This document shows positions 19,638 to 28,219 of a stretch of DNA of 64,000 nt, in pieces (position 1 is the first letter of the stretch; every line of letters starts with the position of its first letter). Under the pieces are notes generated by a model, which saw nothing but the letters and a program-made list of their open reading frames with translations, searched no databases and was not told the origin of the DNA. The translations under genes and the position numbers were made by a program. Source of the stretch: an uncultured bacterium (GTDB taxonomy: Bacteria; Zixibacteria; MSB-5A5; CAIYYT01); assembly GCA_963726455.1 (NCBI GenBank), contig CAVSCK010000004.1, positions 320,001 to 384,000 on the forward strand, given 5' to 3'.

Positions 19638-19790
19638 ATGACTGCTATTGTTCTGGCTACGTTATTGTCATTTTTGATCGTTCTTGTCGTGCTGGATTAC
19701 AGTTTGGCGGCACCGGTTAGGGCTGTCGGCGCCTACACACTCCAGATCATTGAGAATCCACAATTCCACATCGGAAGTGAGGAAGTATGA
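19638..19790 (+). CDS. Candidate 50-aa hydrophobic small protein (not in ORF track)
   Basis: MTAIVLATLLSFLIVLVVLDYSLAAPVRAVGAYTLQIIENPQFHIGSEEV*. Its TGA overlaps the next ATG (ATGA). No clear SD. Confidence 0.3.
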   Translation: MTAIVLATLLSFLIVLVVLDYSLAAPVRAVGAYTLQIIENPQFHIGSEEV

Positions 19791-21568
19791 AGCGCACCGG
19801 TCTTATATTGATCGCGGTATCGGTTCTGATGCTTCTTTCCTGGCAGCATCTGGGTGCGACCGGTCAGGGAGATGTAACCATCAAACTCAATGGCGGGGCA
19901 AATGTCGCCTATATCGGCGAGACCAATACGATGGAAGTTTGGATAACGAATGACGTCCAACTGTCATCTATCTCAATGTGCTTCAAGCTCGACATCAACG
20001 TTCCCTATACCTGGGTTAAGCCGTATGGTACCAGGCCGCCGGCGTCCCCGGTTGTGAAAGAGGAGGGGGACGCAATCGGCAAATTCGATGCCACCGGTGG
20101 GTTAGTGGTCATTGATCGCATCAACAGCGCGAAGCCGGATACGCTGGATATGAACGGCGCCGCAAATTCGCTGCGACTTCCCGCGCATGCTGTTTCCACT
20201 CTGTGCTATACCGTAAGATTCAATATCCCGCAGTTGGCTCCACCGACGACGGGTGGTGTCTGTATTGACAATATTGTATTTCCGCCGGCAGGCTGGTGGA
20301 TGTTCAATGACGGCACCTACTACGCTCCCAAATTTCAGGGAAACATCAATACCAGGGTTACGAATCCGTACGCGCCACCGGTCTGCTTCGACGTTGTACA
20401 GCGGCCAAATGTGCCGCCGGTGTTCACCAATTGTCCGGAGATGCTTAGCGGCGTGATTTGTTCCCAGATGTCATATACCTACATCGCTTTTGATCCTGAT
20501 AGCACTGCGGTTACTTATTCGATCGTGAGCGGCCCAGGAGCGATCAATTCAACTACCGGCGCATGGACATACACTCCCGGCCCGGCCGCGGGTTCGTCAA
20601 CCGTAACAGTGCGGGCCACGGACGCAGCGAACAGCCATCGAGATTGCGTTACTGCCCTAACGTTCACTAATACCGCTCCGCATTTTCTCAATACTTGTAA
20701 TGATACCGCTTCGGCTCACGCGGGAGAGAACATTCAATATCAATTTGTGGCGTCAGACCCCAATAGTTGTGACATCATCAAGTACTCACTTGTTGGAGTT
20801 ACCCCTACTCCGTTGGGAACTCATACCTTCGATACGCTGTCAGGTTGGCTGAATTATACGCCTGCCGTCGGGGACGTGGGATATAGTTATCTGTTTACCG
20901 TGAACGCCACTGATGGCGACACGACGATACATTGTCACTTGACCGCACTGGCGGTTCCTAATCTTTCGCCCGACGCGGATATGGACGGTGTGGCGGACAA
21001 CAATGATAATTGCCCGAATACATACAATCCCGATCAGTTCGACACTGATGCTGACGGTATCGGCGATGCATGCGACATGAACGTTGTTTGCGGTGATGCC
21101 GACGGCAGCGGATACATCGACGTGTCCGATGCGGTATTTCTGGTCGATTACATTTTCGGAGGCGGAGGTTCACCTGTTCCGCTATGCTCAGGTGACGCAC
21201 TCGGCGACGGGTCGGTTGATATTGCCGATGTCGTTCAACTCATCAACTACGTCTTCTCGGGCGCCGAGAAACCGGATGGTTGTTGCTGTCCGGCAGGAAA
21301 GAATCGGCTGGGGCCATTCTGTGTTACCAACAATACCGGTATGGATCAGCGCGGCGTGACCGTGGAATTCAGCGGTACGTCCAACGCTCTCAGCAATGTG
21401 AAAGTTATTGATTATCCGCTCAATTGCAGAGTGCTGACGATAGATGCAATTCAGAACCGCGTGTCGATCGACTATGAAGTCGCCTGCATTCCGGCAGGAA
21501 TTTCGATCTGTTTCTACGTCTGTGCTCCGGCCTCAAATATCGCGATTACGAACGTGACGTGGCGTTAG
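19787..21568 (+). CDS. Secreted modular protein: possible cohesin-like beta-sandwich, two Ig/cadherin-like repeats, thrombospondin type 3 repeat, dockerin-like module, Cys-rich C-terminal domain
   Basis: Signal peptide. Ig-like 'AFDPDSTAVTYSIVSGPGAINSTTGAWTYTP...VTVRATD' and 'ASDPN...YLFTVNATDG'. TSP3 'DADMDGVADNNDNCPNTYNPDQFDTDADGIGDACD'. Dockerin 'CGDADGSGYIDVSDAVFLVDYIF...GDALGDGSVDIADVVQLINYVF'. Confidence 0.8.
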   Translation: MKRTGLILIAVSVLMLLSWQHLGATGQGDVTIKLNGGANVAYIGETNTMEVWITNDVQLSSISMCFKLDINVPYTWVKPYGTRPPASPVVKEEGDAIGKFDATGGLVVIDRINSAKPDTLDMNGAANSLRLPAHAVSTLCYTVRFNIPQLAPPTTGGVCIDNIVFPPAGWWMFNDGTYYAPKFQGNINTRVTNPYAPPVCFDVVQRPNVPPVFTNCPEMLSGVICSQMSYTYIAFDPDSTAVTYSIVSGPGAINSTTGAWTYTPGPAAGSSTVTVRATDAANSHRDCVTALTFTNTAPHFLNTCNDTASAHAGENIQYQFVASDPNSCDIIKYSLVGVTPTPLGTHTFDTLSGWLNYTPAVGDVGYSYLFTVNATDGDTTIHCHLTALAVPNLSPDADMDGVADNNDNCPNTYNPDQFDTDADGIGDACDMNVVCGDADGSGYIDVSDAVFLVDYIFGGGGSPVPLCSGDALGDGSVDIADVVQLINYVFSGAEKPDGCCCPAGKNRLGPFCVTNNTGMDQRGVTVEFSGTSNALSNVKVIDYPLNCRVLTIDAIQNRVSIDYEVACIPAGISICFYVCAPASNIAITNVTWR

Positions 21569-21601
21569 CTGATCTGGCGGCTGAATCTTTGTGAAAGCTT
21601 G

Positions 21602-21631
21602 CGGCGGGAACCCGGTTCCCGCCGTTTTCTT
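21602..21631 (+). terminator. Intrinsic terminator
   Basis: CGGCGGGAAC-ccg-GTTCCCGCCG followed by TTTTCTT. Confidence 0.8.
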
Positions 21632-21712
21632 ATTTGTGCAAAGGGCTTGACTTCAATGCTGCCGCCGCTAACTTTGTCGCTCAAACAGGCCGATAGTTCT
21701 GAAAGGTGACCT

Positions 21713-23446
21713 ATGTTCTGGACGAAAACATACATTCCGACTTTACGTGAGGAACCGGCGGACGCCGAACTCATTTCCCATAAATTGCTCGTGCGCGGCG
21801 GCTACATCCGAAAACTGCAGGCGGGTGTTTACAATTACATGCCCCTGATGCATCGCACGTTGCTCAAGACGATCAATATTGTGCGCGAGGAAATGGATCG
21901 CTCCGGCGCCATCGAAATTACGATGCCGGTGCTGCATCCGGCGGAACTATGGCAGGAGTCGGGACGCTGGGATGTAATCGGCAAGGAACAGATGCGCACT
22001 AAGGACCGCCACGATCACTGGATGGTGCTAGGCGGTACGCACGAGGAAGTCGTGACCAATCTGGTGCGTGGCGAACTGCGCAGTTATCGGCAGTTGCCGA
22101 TCAATTTGTACCAGATTCAGGTGAAGTTTCGCGACGAAATCCGGCCGCGGTTTGGATTGATGCGTTGCCGCGAATTCCTGATGAAGGATGCTTACACTTT
22201 TGATCTGGACGCCGAGGCGCACAAACTCGCCTATCAAAAGATGGTCAATGCCTACTTCGCCATCTTCAAACGCTGTGGACTTGAAGTGCGCAAAGTCGAG
22301 TCGGACACCGGCGCGATGGGCGGCAGCATGGCACATGAGTTCATGGTAATTGTCGATACTGATTCCGGCGAAGAAGTCTTGTTCTTCTGCAATGAGTGCG
22401 AATATGCCGCCAATATCGAGAAGGCGGATTCCGTGAGCACCAGGAAGATTTCCGCCGAGTCCGCCAAGCCGCTGGAAAAGGTCCCGACGCCGAATGCGGC
22501 GACAATCGAGGAAGTCACGGCTTTTCTCAAGGTGCCGGCAGAACGACTGGTCAAGACCCTATTGTATACCGCCGACGGGAAACCGGTGGCTGTGATGATC
22601 AGGGGTGATCGGCAGATAAATGAAGTCAAGCTTAAGAACCATCTGGGTTGCCTGGCACTGGAAATGGCGACTCCGGAAATAGTCGAGAAAGTTACGCATG
22701 CGCCGGTGGGCTTTGCCGGACCGATCGGTTTGAAAGACGTGCGGCTGATTGCCGATCCGGAAGTGATGGAACTGACGAACTTCGTCGTCGGCGGCAACGA
22801 AAACGAGATGCACTATATCAACGTGAATCACACGCGCGATTTCACCGTCACAGAAATCGCTGTGTTACGTTCTGCACAAATCGGCGATACCTGTCCGCAC
22901 TGCAAGAAGGGGACACTGCACACCAAGAAAGGCATTGAGGTTGGCAATACGTTCAACCTCGGCTACAAGTACGCCAAAGCACTCAATGCCACCTATCTCG
23001 ACAAAGACGGCAAAGAACAGTTGTTCTATATGGGTTCGTACGGTATCGGTGTTACCCGCACGATTCAAGCCACCGTCGAGAAATACAACGACGCGCGCGG
23101 AATCATTTGGCCGGCGCCATTAGCTCCGTATCATGCACATGTTGTGCCGCTCTCAACTGACGACTCGCTTCGCGCCGCCGCGTTTCGGCTGCATGATCAA
23201 CTGAACCAGGCCGGAGTCGAAACGATTCTCGATGATCGCGATGAACGGGCGGGTGTGAAGCTCAACGACGCCGATCTGATTGGCATTCCTTTGCGGGTAA
23301 ACATCGGCGCCAAGTCGTTCGAGAAGGGTCAATTCGAACTCAAGGATCGCGCCAAGCCGGAAGTCGCGATGATCGAAATTGGCTCGGCTGTTGAGACGAT
23401 CAAGAAGGCGCTCGACGACAAGATGGCCAACCCGATCCCGTTCTGA
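21713..23446 (+). CDS. proS: Proline--tRNA ligase (bacterial type, with INS editing domain)
   Basis: 'LWQESGRW', 'THEEV', 'KFRDEIRPRFGLMRCREFLMKDAY', 'MGSYGIGVTR'. Confidence 0.98.
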   Translation: MFWTKTYIPTLREEPADAELISHKLLVRGGYIRKLQAGVYNYMPLMHRTLLKTINIVREEMDRSGAIEITMPVLHPAELWQESGRWDVIGKEQMRTKDRHDHWMVLGGTHEEVVTNLVRGELRSYRQLPINLYQIQVKFRDEIRPRFGLMRCREFLMKDAYTFDLDAEAHKLAYQKMVNAYFAIFKRCGLEVRKVESDTGAMGGSMAHEFMVIVDTDSGEEVLFFCNECEYAANIEKADSVSTRKISAESAKPLEKVPTPNAATIEEVTAFLKVPAERLVKTLLYTADGKPVAVMIRGDRQINEVKLKNHLGCLALEMATPEIVEKVTHAPVGFAGPIGLKDVRLIADPEVMELTNFVVGGNENEMHYINVNHTRDFTVTEIAVLRSAQIGDTCPHCKKGTLHTKKGIEVGNTFNLGYKYAKALNATYLDKDGKEQLFYMGSYGIGVTRTIQATVEKYNDARGIIWPAPLAPYHAHVVPLSTDDSLRAAAFRLHDQLNQAGVETILDDRDERAGVKLNDADLIGIPLRVNIGAKSFEKGQFELKDRAKPEVAMIEIGSAVETIKKALDDKMANPIPF

Positions 23447-23474
23447 TCTGTCGCCAGACGCTCGAACTCGATTT

Positions 23475-23527
23475 CGTAGGTTCGAGTTCATTCGAACGTT
23501 ATGAATGCGAAAGAATTCGCACCTACG
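23475..23527. repeat. REP doublet (REPIN-like), GTAG family
   Basis: GTAG-GTTCGAGTTCATTCGAAC (23476-23497) and an inverted copy reading GTAG-GTGCGAATTCTTTCGCAT on the minus strand (23526-23505). Each unit is GTAG plus an imperfect palindrome. Confidence 0.6.
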
Positions 23528-23626
23528 TTTCCCGCACAGTTTTAGTGCGACAACCCAGTAGAAGCCAACCTTTCTGCGGCTCGATAACCAATTGAATTAC
23601 AACGTAATAGCGAGAATGTAAGGCGT

Positions 23627-23643
23627 TCGGCATGGTCGTTGCA
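23627..23643 (+). promoter_or_regulatory. Sigma54 (RpoN)-type -24/-12 promoter
   Basis: TCGGCATGGTCGTTGCA: GG (23629-23630), 10 nt, GC (23641-23642), close to the TGGCACG-N4-TTGCW consensus and about 40 nt before a strong SD plus TTG start. Confidence 0.68.
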
Positions 23644-23682
23644 TTACTGTCTGCCGTAATGACGTACGGTAAGGAGGAAAGA

Positions 23683-24570
23683 TTGAGACACACACTAGTC
23701 CTGAAACTGATAATGCTTAGCGCAATTTTGGCATTGGTAATAGCCGGCTGCGAGGATAAGAAGACGGTAAACGTTACCGGTGACGCTCCGGCGGCTCCGA
23801 CGGGTGTAAGTTCCATCACCGGAGACGGTGAGGTAACTGTGACCTGGCGAGGGAATAACGATAACGGCCAGACGACCGGGTACGGTGTCTATCGATACAC
23901 AGGGACCCAGAACGGCCACGACCAGTATGAGTTACTTGGCACTGTGAAAGCCAGCGATCACGACCCAATTCCGTCGGGCAGCGACGCCGTGTATTACTCT
24001 TACTTGGATCGTAATGTCACGAATGGGAACACCTATTATTACGCCGTCGATGCATACAACGAATTCGGCGAGTCGGCGCTGTCTGCAGTCGACGCGTTTG
24101 ATACTCCGCGCCCACAAGGTACGGCCGTAGTTCGCGACTATCATCAGTATCCCAATAGCGCGGGCTTCAGGTTGAACAGGGGCTCAGTTGTTCGCTACGA
24201 CGATCCGAATGCCGATGTCTACTTTGAATATGACGCGAATCTAGGCACATTTTTCATACTGGCAAACTCGAACGTTGACATTCAGGATTTCGGCCCAACG
24301 AACGGCTTGGCAGACGTTAACTACGTTCCGGCGTCAGCGGACACAGCGTGGTCAAAGGTCGGCTGGCTGGAATTTTCTTTAAATCACGCCTATCTCGTTT
24401 GGACGGCTGACAATCACTACGCAGATATACGCTTCGCCTCGCTTGATTTGAATAGCGGTGCGATGACTATACAGTGGGCCTATCAAACAGTTGCCGGCAA
24501 CGTCGAATTGAAGCCCGCGGTTTTGACTCGCCCTGTACACGATGCAAACTATGGAAGAAGGAGTAACTAA
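23683..24570 (+). CDS. Lipoprotein with fibronectin type III-like domain and C-terminal beta-rich domain of unknown function
   Basis: SD AAGGAGGA (23671-23678), TTG at 23683, lipobox LVIAG-C. FN3 pattern 'APAAPTGVSSITGDGEVTVTW...GYGVYR...YLDRNVTNGNTYYYAVDAYNEFGESALS'. Confidence 0.78.
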   Translation: MRHTLVLKLIMLSAILALVIAGCEDKKTVNVTGDAPAAPTGVSSITGDGEVTVTWRGNNDNGQTTGYGVYRYTGTQNGHDQYELLGTVKASDHDPIPSGSDAVYYSYLDRNVTNGNTYYYAVDAYNEFGESALSAVDAFDTPRPQGTAVVRDYHQYPNSAGFRLNRGSVVRYDDPNADVYFEYDANLGTFFILANSNVDIQDFGPTNGLADVNYVPASADTAWSKVGWLEFSLNHAYLVWTADNHYADIRFASLDLNSGAMTIQWAYQTVAGNVELKPAVLTRPVHDANYGRRSN

Positions 24571-24574
24571 CGCC

Positions 24575-26350
24575 ATGAAACGGCTACTCATTTTCTCGGC
24601 ACTGCTGGCGCTGGTGATGGCCAGTTCGCTGGCGGCTCAGTCGACTCTGCGTCGCACCTATCGCGACCTCAATGTCGACGTCTGGACAGATCATGACGAT
24701 GGCACCAACTATTCCGAAGGTGACAATATCACGATCTATTTCCGCGCCTCGCAGGACGCGTATGTGACGATCTACGACCTCGACTCGCGCGGCAACGTCA
24801 ATTTAATCTTCCCGCCGAATCCGGGCGACAACAACTATGTGCAGGCAGGTGAGGTTTACCAGGTGCCTGATCCGAATGCGGATTACTCGCTGACATTGGA
24901 AGGGCCTCCGGGAAACGAGAACATTCAGATGATCGCCTCGACCGATTTCTACCCGGTGCCTGACTGGCAGGGTCCTGTGTCGGTGTATGACGACATTTGG
25001 GGATTCAAATACGATGGCGACAACGACCGGTTCATCAGCGATGTCAACGAGAAGTATTTCTCAGGTGACAGTTTCGCCTTCGACCATGTCAACTTCTATG
25101 TCGCTCCGAAATACTACTATCGCCCCGACCGTGCCGATTGCGTGGGTGGCGATTGCGGACAGGCATATATCGACTACCCCGACGGCTGCGAAGTCTATGT
25201 AGACGGCGTGTTCTACGGTTATGCGCCGTTGTACGTGCCGGGCATCTATCTCGGCCGTCACCGCGTAACGGTGTATTGGGGCCCGAGCGTCGTATATAAT
25301 GACTGGATCTTCGTGAATGCCTTTGATCCGTTCTGCATCTACACGCGGCCGAACTTTATTTACCGCTACTGTTATGACAACTGGTATCATCATCGCGGTT
25401 GGGACAATTACTGGGATGGTCCGTCGCGCTTCAAATACAAAGACCGCGATCATGACTACTATTTTGCCGGGAAGCCGCAGGCGAGACGCGGCTATCAGGT
25501 GATCGAAAACGACCATGGTCGATACGAGAAATCCAAGTCGTACCAGGGCGACAAGGAAATGCGCATCAAGGACTACAAGCAGAACTACGGCTTTGATGCC
25601 AAGACCAAGACCTATACTGCCAGCAAGTACAATGCGCCGTCCGATAACGGCAAGAAATACTACAACGCTGACGCCTACGGCAAACAGAAGGATCAGGGTA
25701 ACCGTGGTACCGTCGAGAACAAGTCGGAAACCCGCGGGAAGTATTATCAGCCCAGCACGCCTGCCAAACAGGGTGACAAGGGCGGATATCAGGGTAAGCA
25801 GCCGGTGGGTGATCGCGGCAAGGCAGGTAATGTTGACAGAGGCAAGTCAGATCGTCCAGCCGGCAACACCGGGGATAAGGGTGCAGTCGACAAAAAGGGC
25901 AAGTCTGACAAGTCCGGTAACACCAACAGCAAGGAACCGGCGGCACGCCCTGAGAAACAGGATCGTTCCGGCGGTGGCAAGGACAAGTCGCGCTCGGATG
26001 GCAACAAGTACTATCAATTTACGCCTGCCGATAATGCCGGTCATGCGCGCACCACAACTGCCTGGCAAGATCGCGGACAACAGCGTCCGAACAGCGGCCA
26101 GGTAAATCGCGGCGTCGCGCCGCGTCCGGTTGAACGGCAAGCGCGCCCCACGGTGCAACAGCAGTCGCGGCCGAGGTCGGATGGCAATACACGAACCTAT
26201 AATGCACCGCAGCCGAGAAGCAACTCTGGTAATTCGGGTGGCAGCAGACCTTCCGGTGGCGACCGTTCGGCGCCTTCCAGCAAGTCCTCGGGTAGTGGCA
26301 GTGCCAGTAAAGGCGAAAGCCACTCGAGTGGTGGAGGCCATCGCAAGTAA
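24575..26350 (+). CDS. Secreted DUF4384- and PEGA-like domain protein with a long low-complexity C-terminal tail
   Basis: SD AAGGAG then MKRLLIFSALLALVMASSLAA. DUF4384-like 'VDVWTD...YSEGDNITIYFRASQDAYVTIYDLDSRGNVNLIFP'. PEGA-like 'PDGCEVYVDGVFYGYAPL...LGRHRVTV'. About 250-aa G/S/K/R/Q/D-rich tail. Confidence 0.75.
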   Translation: MKRLLIFSALLALVMASSLAAQSTLRRTYRDLNVDVWTDHDDGTNYSEGDNITIYFRASQDAYVTIYDLDSRGNVNLIFPPNPGDNNYVQAGEVYQVPDPNADYSLTLEGPPGNENIQMIASTDFYPVPDWQGPVSVYDDIWGFKYDGDNDRFISDVNEKYFSGDSFAFDHVNFYVAPKYYYRPDRADCVGGDCGQAYIDYPDGCEVYVDGVFYGYAPLYVPGIYLGRHRVTVYWGPSVVYNDWIFVNAFDPFCIYTRPNFIYRYCYDNWYHHRGWDNYWDGPSRFKYKDRDHDYYFAGKPQARRGYQVIENDHGRYEKSKSYQGDKEMRIKDYKQNYGFDAKTKTYTASKYNAPSDNGKKYYNADAYGKQKDQGNRGTVENKSETRGKYYQPSTPAKQGDKGGYQGKQPVGDRGKAGNVDRGKSDRPAGNTGDKGAVDKKGKSDKSGNTNSKEPAARPEKQDRSGGGKDKSRSDGNKYYQFTPADNAGHARTTTAWQDRGQQRPNSGQVNRGVAPRPVERQARPTVQQQSRPRSDGNTRTYNAPQPRSNSGNSGGSRPSGGDRSAPSSKSSGSGSASKGESHSSGGGHRK

Positions 26351-26373
26351 CTTTACGTCCATAAGTAGCACTA

Positions 26374-26410
26374 GTGCCCGCGAGGTTTCGACATCCTACC
26401 TCGCGGGCAT
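26374..26410 (+). terminator. Strong hairpin after the DUF4384 gene (no U-tract)
   Basis: GTGCCCGCGAGGT, 11-nt loop, ACCTCGCGGGCAT (13-bp stem). Confidence 0.5.
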
Positions 26411-26551
26411 GCTGCTTGACGGCGGATGACAACGAAATCGATTATACTCTTGACTGAGCGGTATGTTTGACGGACATTCGGGAACGATTCAGAAATGCTG
26501 ATCTAAGATAACGAGAAAGGATTTGGGTCTTTTCGAGAGGCGGAACGGGAT

Positions 26552-26959
26552 ATGGATATTAGAAAGTTGCTAACTCGATTCGTGCTTGTTGTTCTCTGTC
26601 TCACGCTGGCGACACCAGCATTTGCTATCGAGAAGCGGAAAAAAGATCCGCAGTCAACGAAGCCGGATACTGCATCTGTCGTCAGGCCCGCGCCCGCTCC
26701 AACACAACCTAAGCCAGACGTTAAGCCCGCCGACAAACCGAAGAATCCTCCGGTGTTCAACGACTTTATCGATGTCAACCGGAACGGTATTGACGACCGC
26801 CTTGAGCAGGGAGGATTCGTAGCGCCCCCAAAGCGGCCGCCACAAGCGCAGCCGCCGTCGCAGCCAGCCGTCAAGAAACACGACTCGACCAAGGCCGATC
26901 CTGCACCAAAGAAGGCGCCCACGGCGCCTAAAGTGGTCGAGAAGAAGAAGGACAAGTAG
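26552..26959 (+). CDS. Small secreted Pro/Lys-rich protein with one Ca-binding-like loop
   Basis: Signal peptide ending 'TPAFA', disordered P/K-rich flanks, central 'FNDFIDVNRNGIDDR'. Confidence 0.7.
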   Translation: MDIRKLLTRFVLVVLCLTLATPAFAIEKRKKDPQSTKPDTASVVRPAPAPTQPKPDVKPADKPKNPPVFNDFIDVNRNGIDDRLEQGGFVAPPKRPPQAQPPSQPAVKKHDSTKADPAPKKAPTAPKVVEKKKDK

Positions 26960-27044
26960 CCCTGGCGTTTCGCCCTTGCAGGCGCGCTAATTCCGCAAAC
27001 TTTGCGAACACTAGACGTATAATTAGAAGTGGCCAGCTTTGTAG

Positions 27045-27073
27045 TTGACGAAGCTGTTTTTTTTGGCTACTAT
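27045..27073 (+). promoter_or_regulatory. Sigma70-type promoter of the hrcA operon
   Basis: TTGACG (27045-27050), 17-nt spacer, TACTAT (27068-27073), immediately before the CIRCE element. Confidence 0.75.
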
Positions 27074-27074
27074 A

Positions 27075-27101
27075 TTGGCACTCTGCCGCTTAGAGTGCTA
27101 A
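27075..27101 (+). promoter_or_regulatory. CIRCE element (HrcA operator)
   Basis: TTGGCACTC-N9-GAGTGCTAA against consensus TTAGCACTC-N9-GAGTGCTAA, upstream of hrcA. Confidence 0.95.
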
Positions 27102-27166
27102 TGGGCTGAATGAATCACGATGGTTGAAGGAAGCAAGCGGAGGCGAGGCAGTCTCAGCAAGACGTT

Positions 27167-28210
27167 ATGAACCGAATGAATCAGTACGAGTTGTCGGAAC
27201 GTGAACGAACGATACTGGCGGTATTGATCGACCACTATATTCGCACGGCCGAGCCGGTCGGCTCACGGGTGATCGCGATGAGATACGCGTTGGGTGTTTC
27301 GCCGGCAACCGTGCGCAACACATTGTCTGATCTCGAGGAGAAAGGCCTGATTGAGCAGCCGCATACGTCTGCCGGTCGTGTACCGACTGAGACCGGGTAT
27401 CGCTTCTATGTTGACCAGCTACTCAAGTCTGAGCATCTGTCGCAACTTGAGAAGAAGAATATCAAGCGGGCGCTGACGATTGATTATGGCGCCGTCGAGG
27501 ACATTCTCGAACAGACATCGCGTGTGCTGGCACGGGTGACGTCGCAGTTGGGCGTGACGATTTCCCCGAAATTCGACCAGGCGGTACTTAACAAGATCGA
27601 TCTGGTGCAGGTGACGGATACGCGGGTAATGGTTATTATCGCGGTCAGGTCGGGAATTGTGCGCACCATCTTGGTTGAGGTAGAAAGCCAGATCGTACCG
27701 GAACATCTCCGGCAGACGGCGGACATTCTCAATGAGAAATTGTCCGGTTTGAATTTAGGTGAAATTCGACGCACGATCGGCGAGAGATTGAGAGGTCAGG
27801 ACGGCCATGGCGACCCGCAATTGCTCAAATTGTTCATGGAACAGCACGAGCACCTGCTGAGCGAGTCGACCTCCGAGGGACTACACACTGACGGAACGGT
27901 GAATGTTCTGTCACAAAAAGAATTTCAGAATCCGGAAAGACTGCGCGATTTCCTTACGTTACTGGAGGAGCGCCGCAGTTTGATAGAATTACTTAAGGTA
28001 AAGACATTCGCGGAAGATATCACCGTGACGATCGGCGCCGAGACGCACATCGAAGGACTAAAAGGACTGTCGACCGTCACGCGCAGCTATCAGGCGGGGC
28101 AGATTCGCGGCACGGTCGGTGTGATCGGGCCGACGCGAATGGAATATGCCAAGTTGATGTCAGTCGTCGACTATACCGCCAAGGTGTTGTCGGAGATATT
28201 GTCAAAATGA
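27167..28210 (+). CDS. hrcA: Heat-inducible transcription repressor HrcA
   Basis: 'YIRTAEPVGSR', 'SPATVRN.LSDLE..GLIEQPHTSAGRVPT..GYRFYVD', 'GVIGPTRMEY'. Confidence 0.97.
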   Translation: MNRMNQYELSERERTILAVLIDHYIRTAEPVGSRVIAMRYALGVSPATVRNTLSDLEEKGLIEQPHTSAGRVPTETGYRFYVDQLLKSEHLSQLEKKNIKRALTIDYGAVEDILEQTSRVLARVTSQLGVTISPKFDQAVLNKIDLVQVTDTRVMVIIAVRSGIVRTILVEVESQIVPEHLRQTADILNEKLSGLNLGEIRRTIGERLRGQDGHGDPQLLKLFMEQHEHLLSESTSEGLHTDGTVNVLSQKEFQNPERLRDFLTLLEERRSLIELLKVKTFAEDITVTIGAETHIEGLKGLSTVTRSYQAGQIRGTVGVIGPTRMEYAKLMSVVDYTAKVLSEILSK

Positions 28211-28219
28211 GAAAGGATT

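Noticed and set aside
15949-21600. Integrated mobile element at tRNA-Arg
   Set aside because: No integrase, transposase or phage gene, and no duplicated tRNA 3' end was found by eye.
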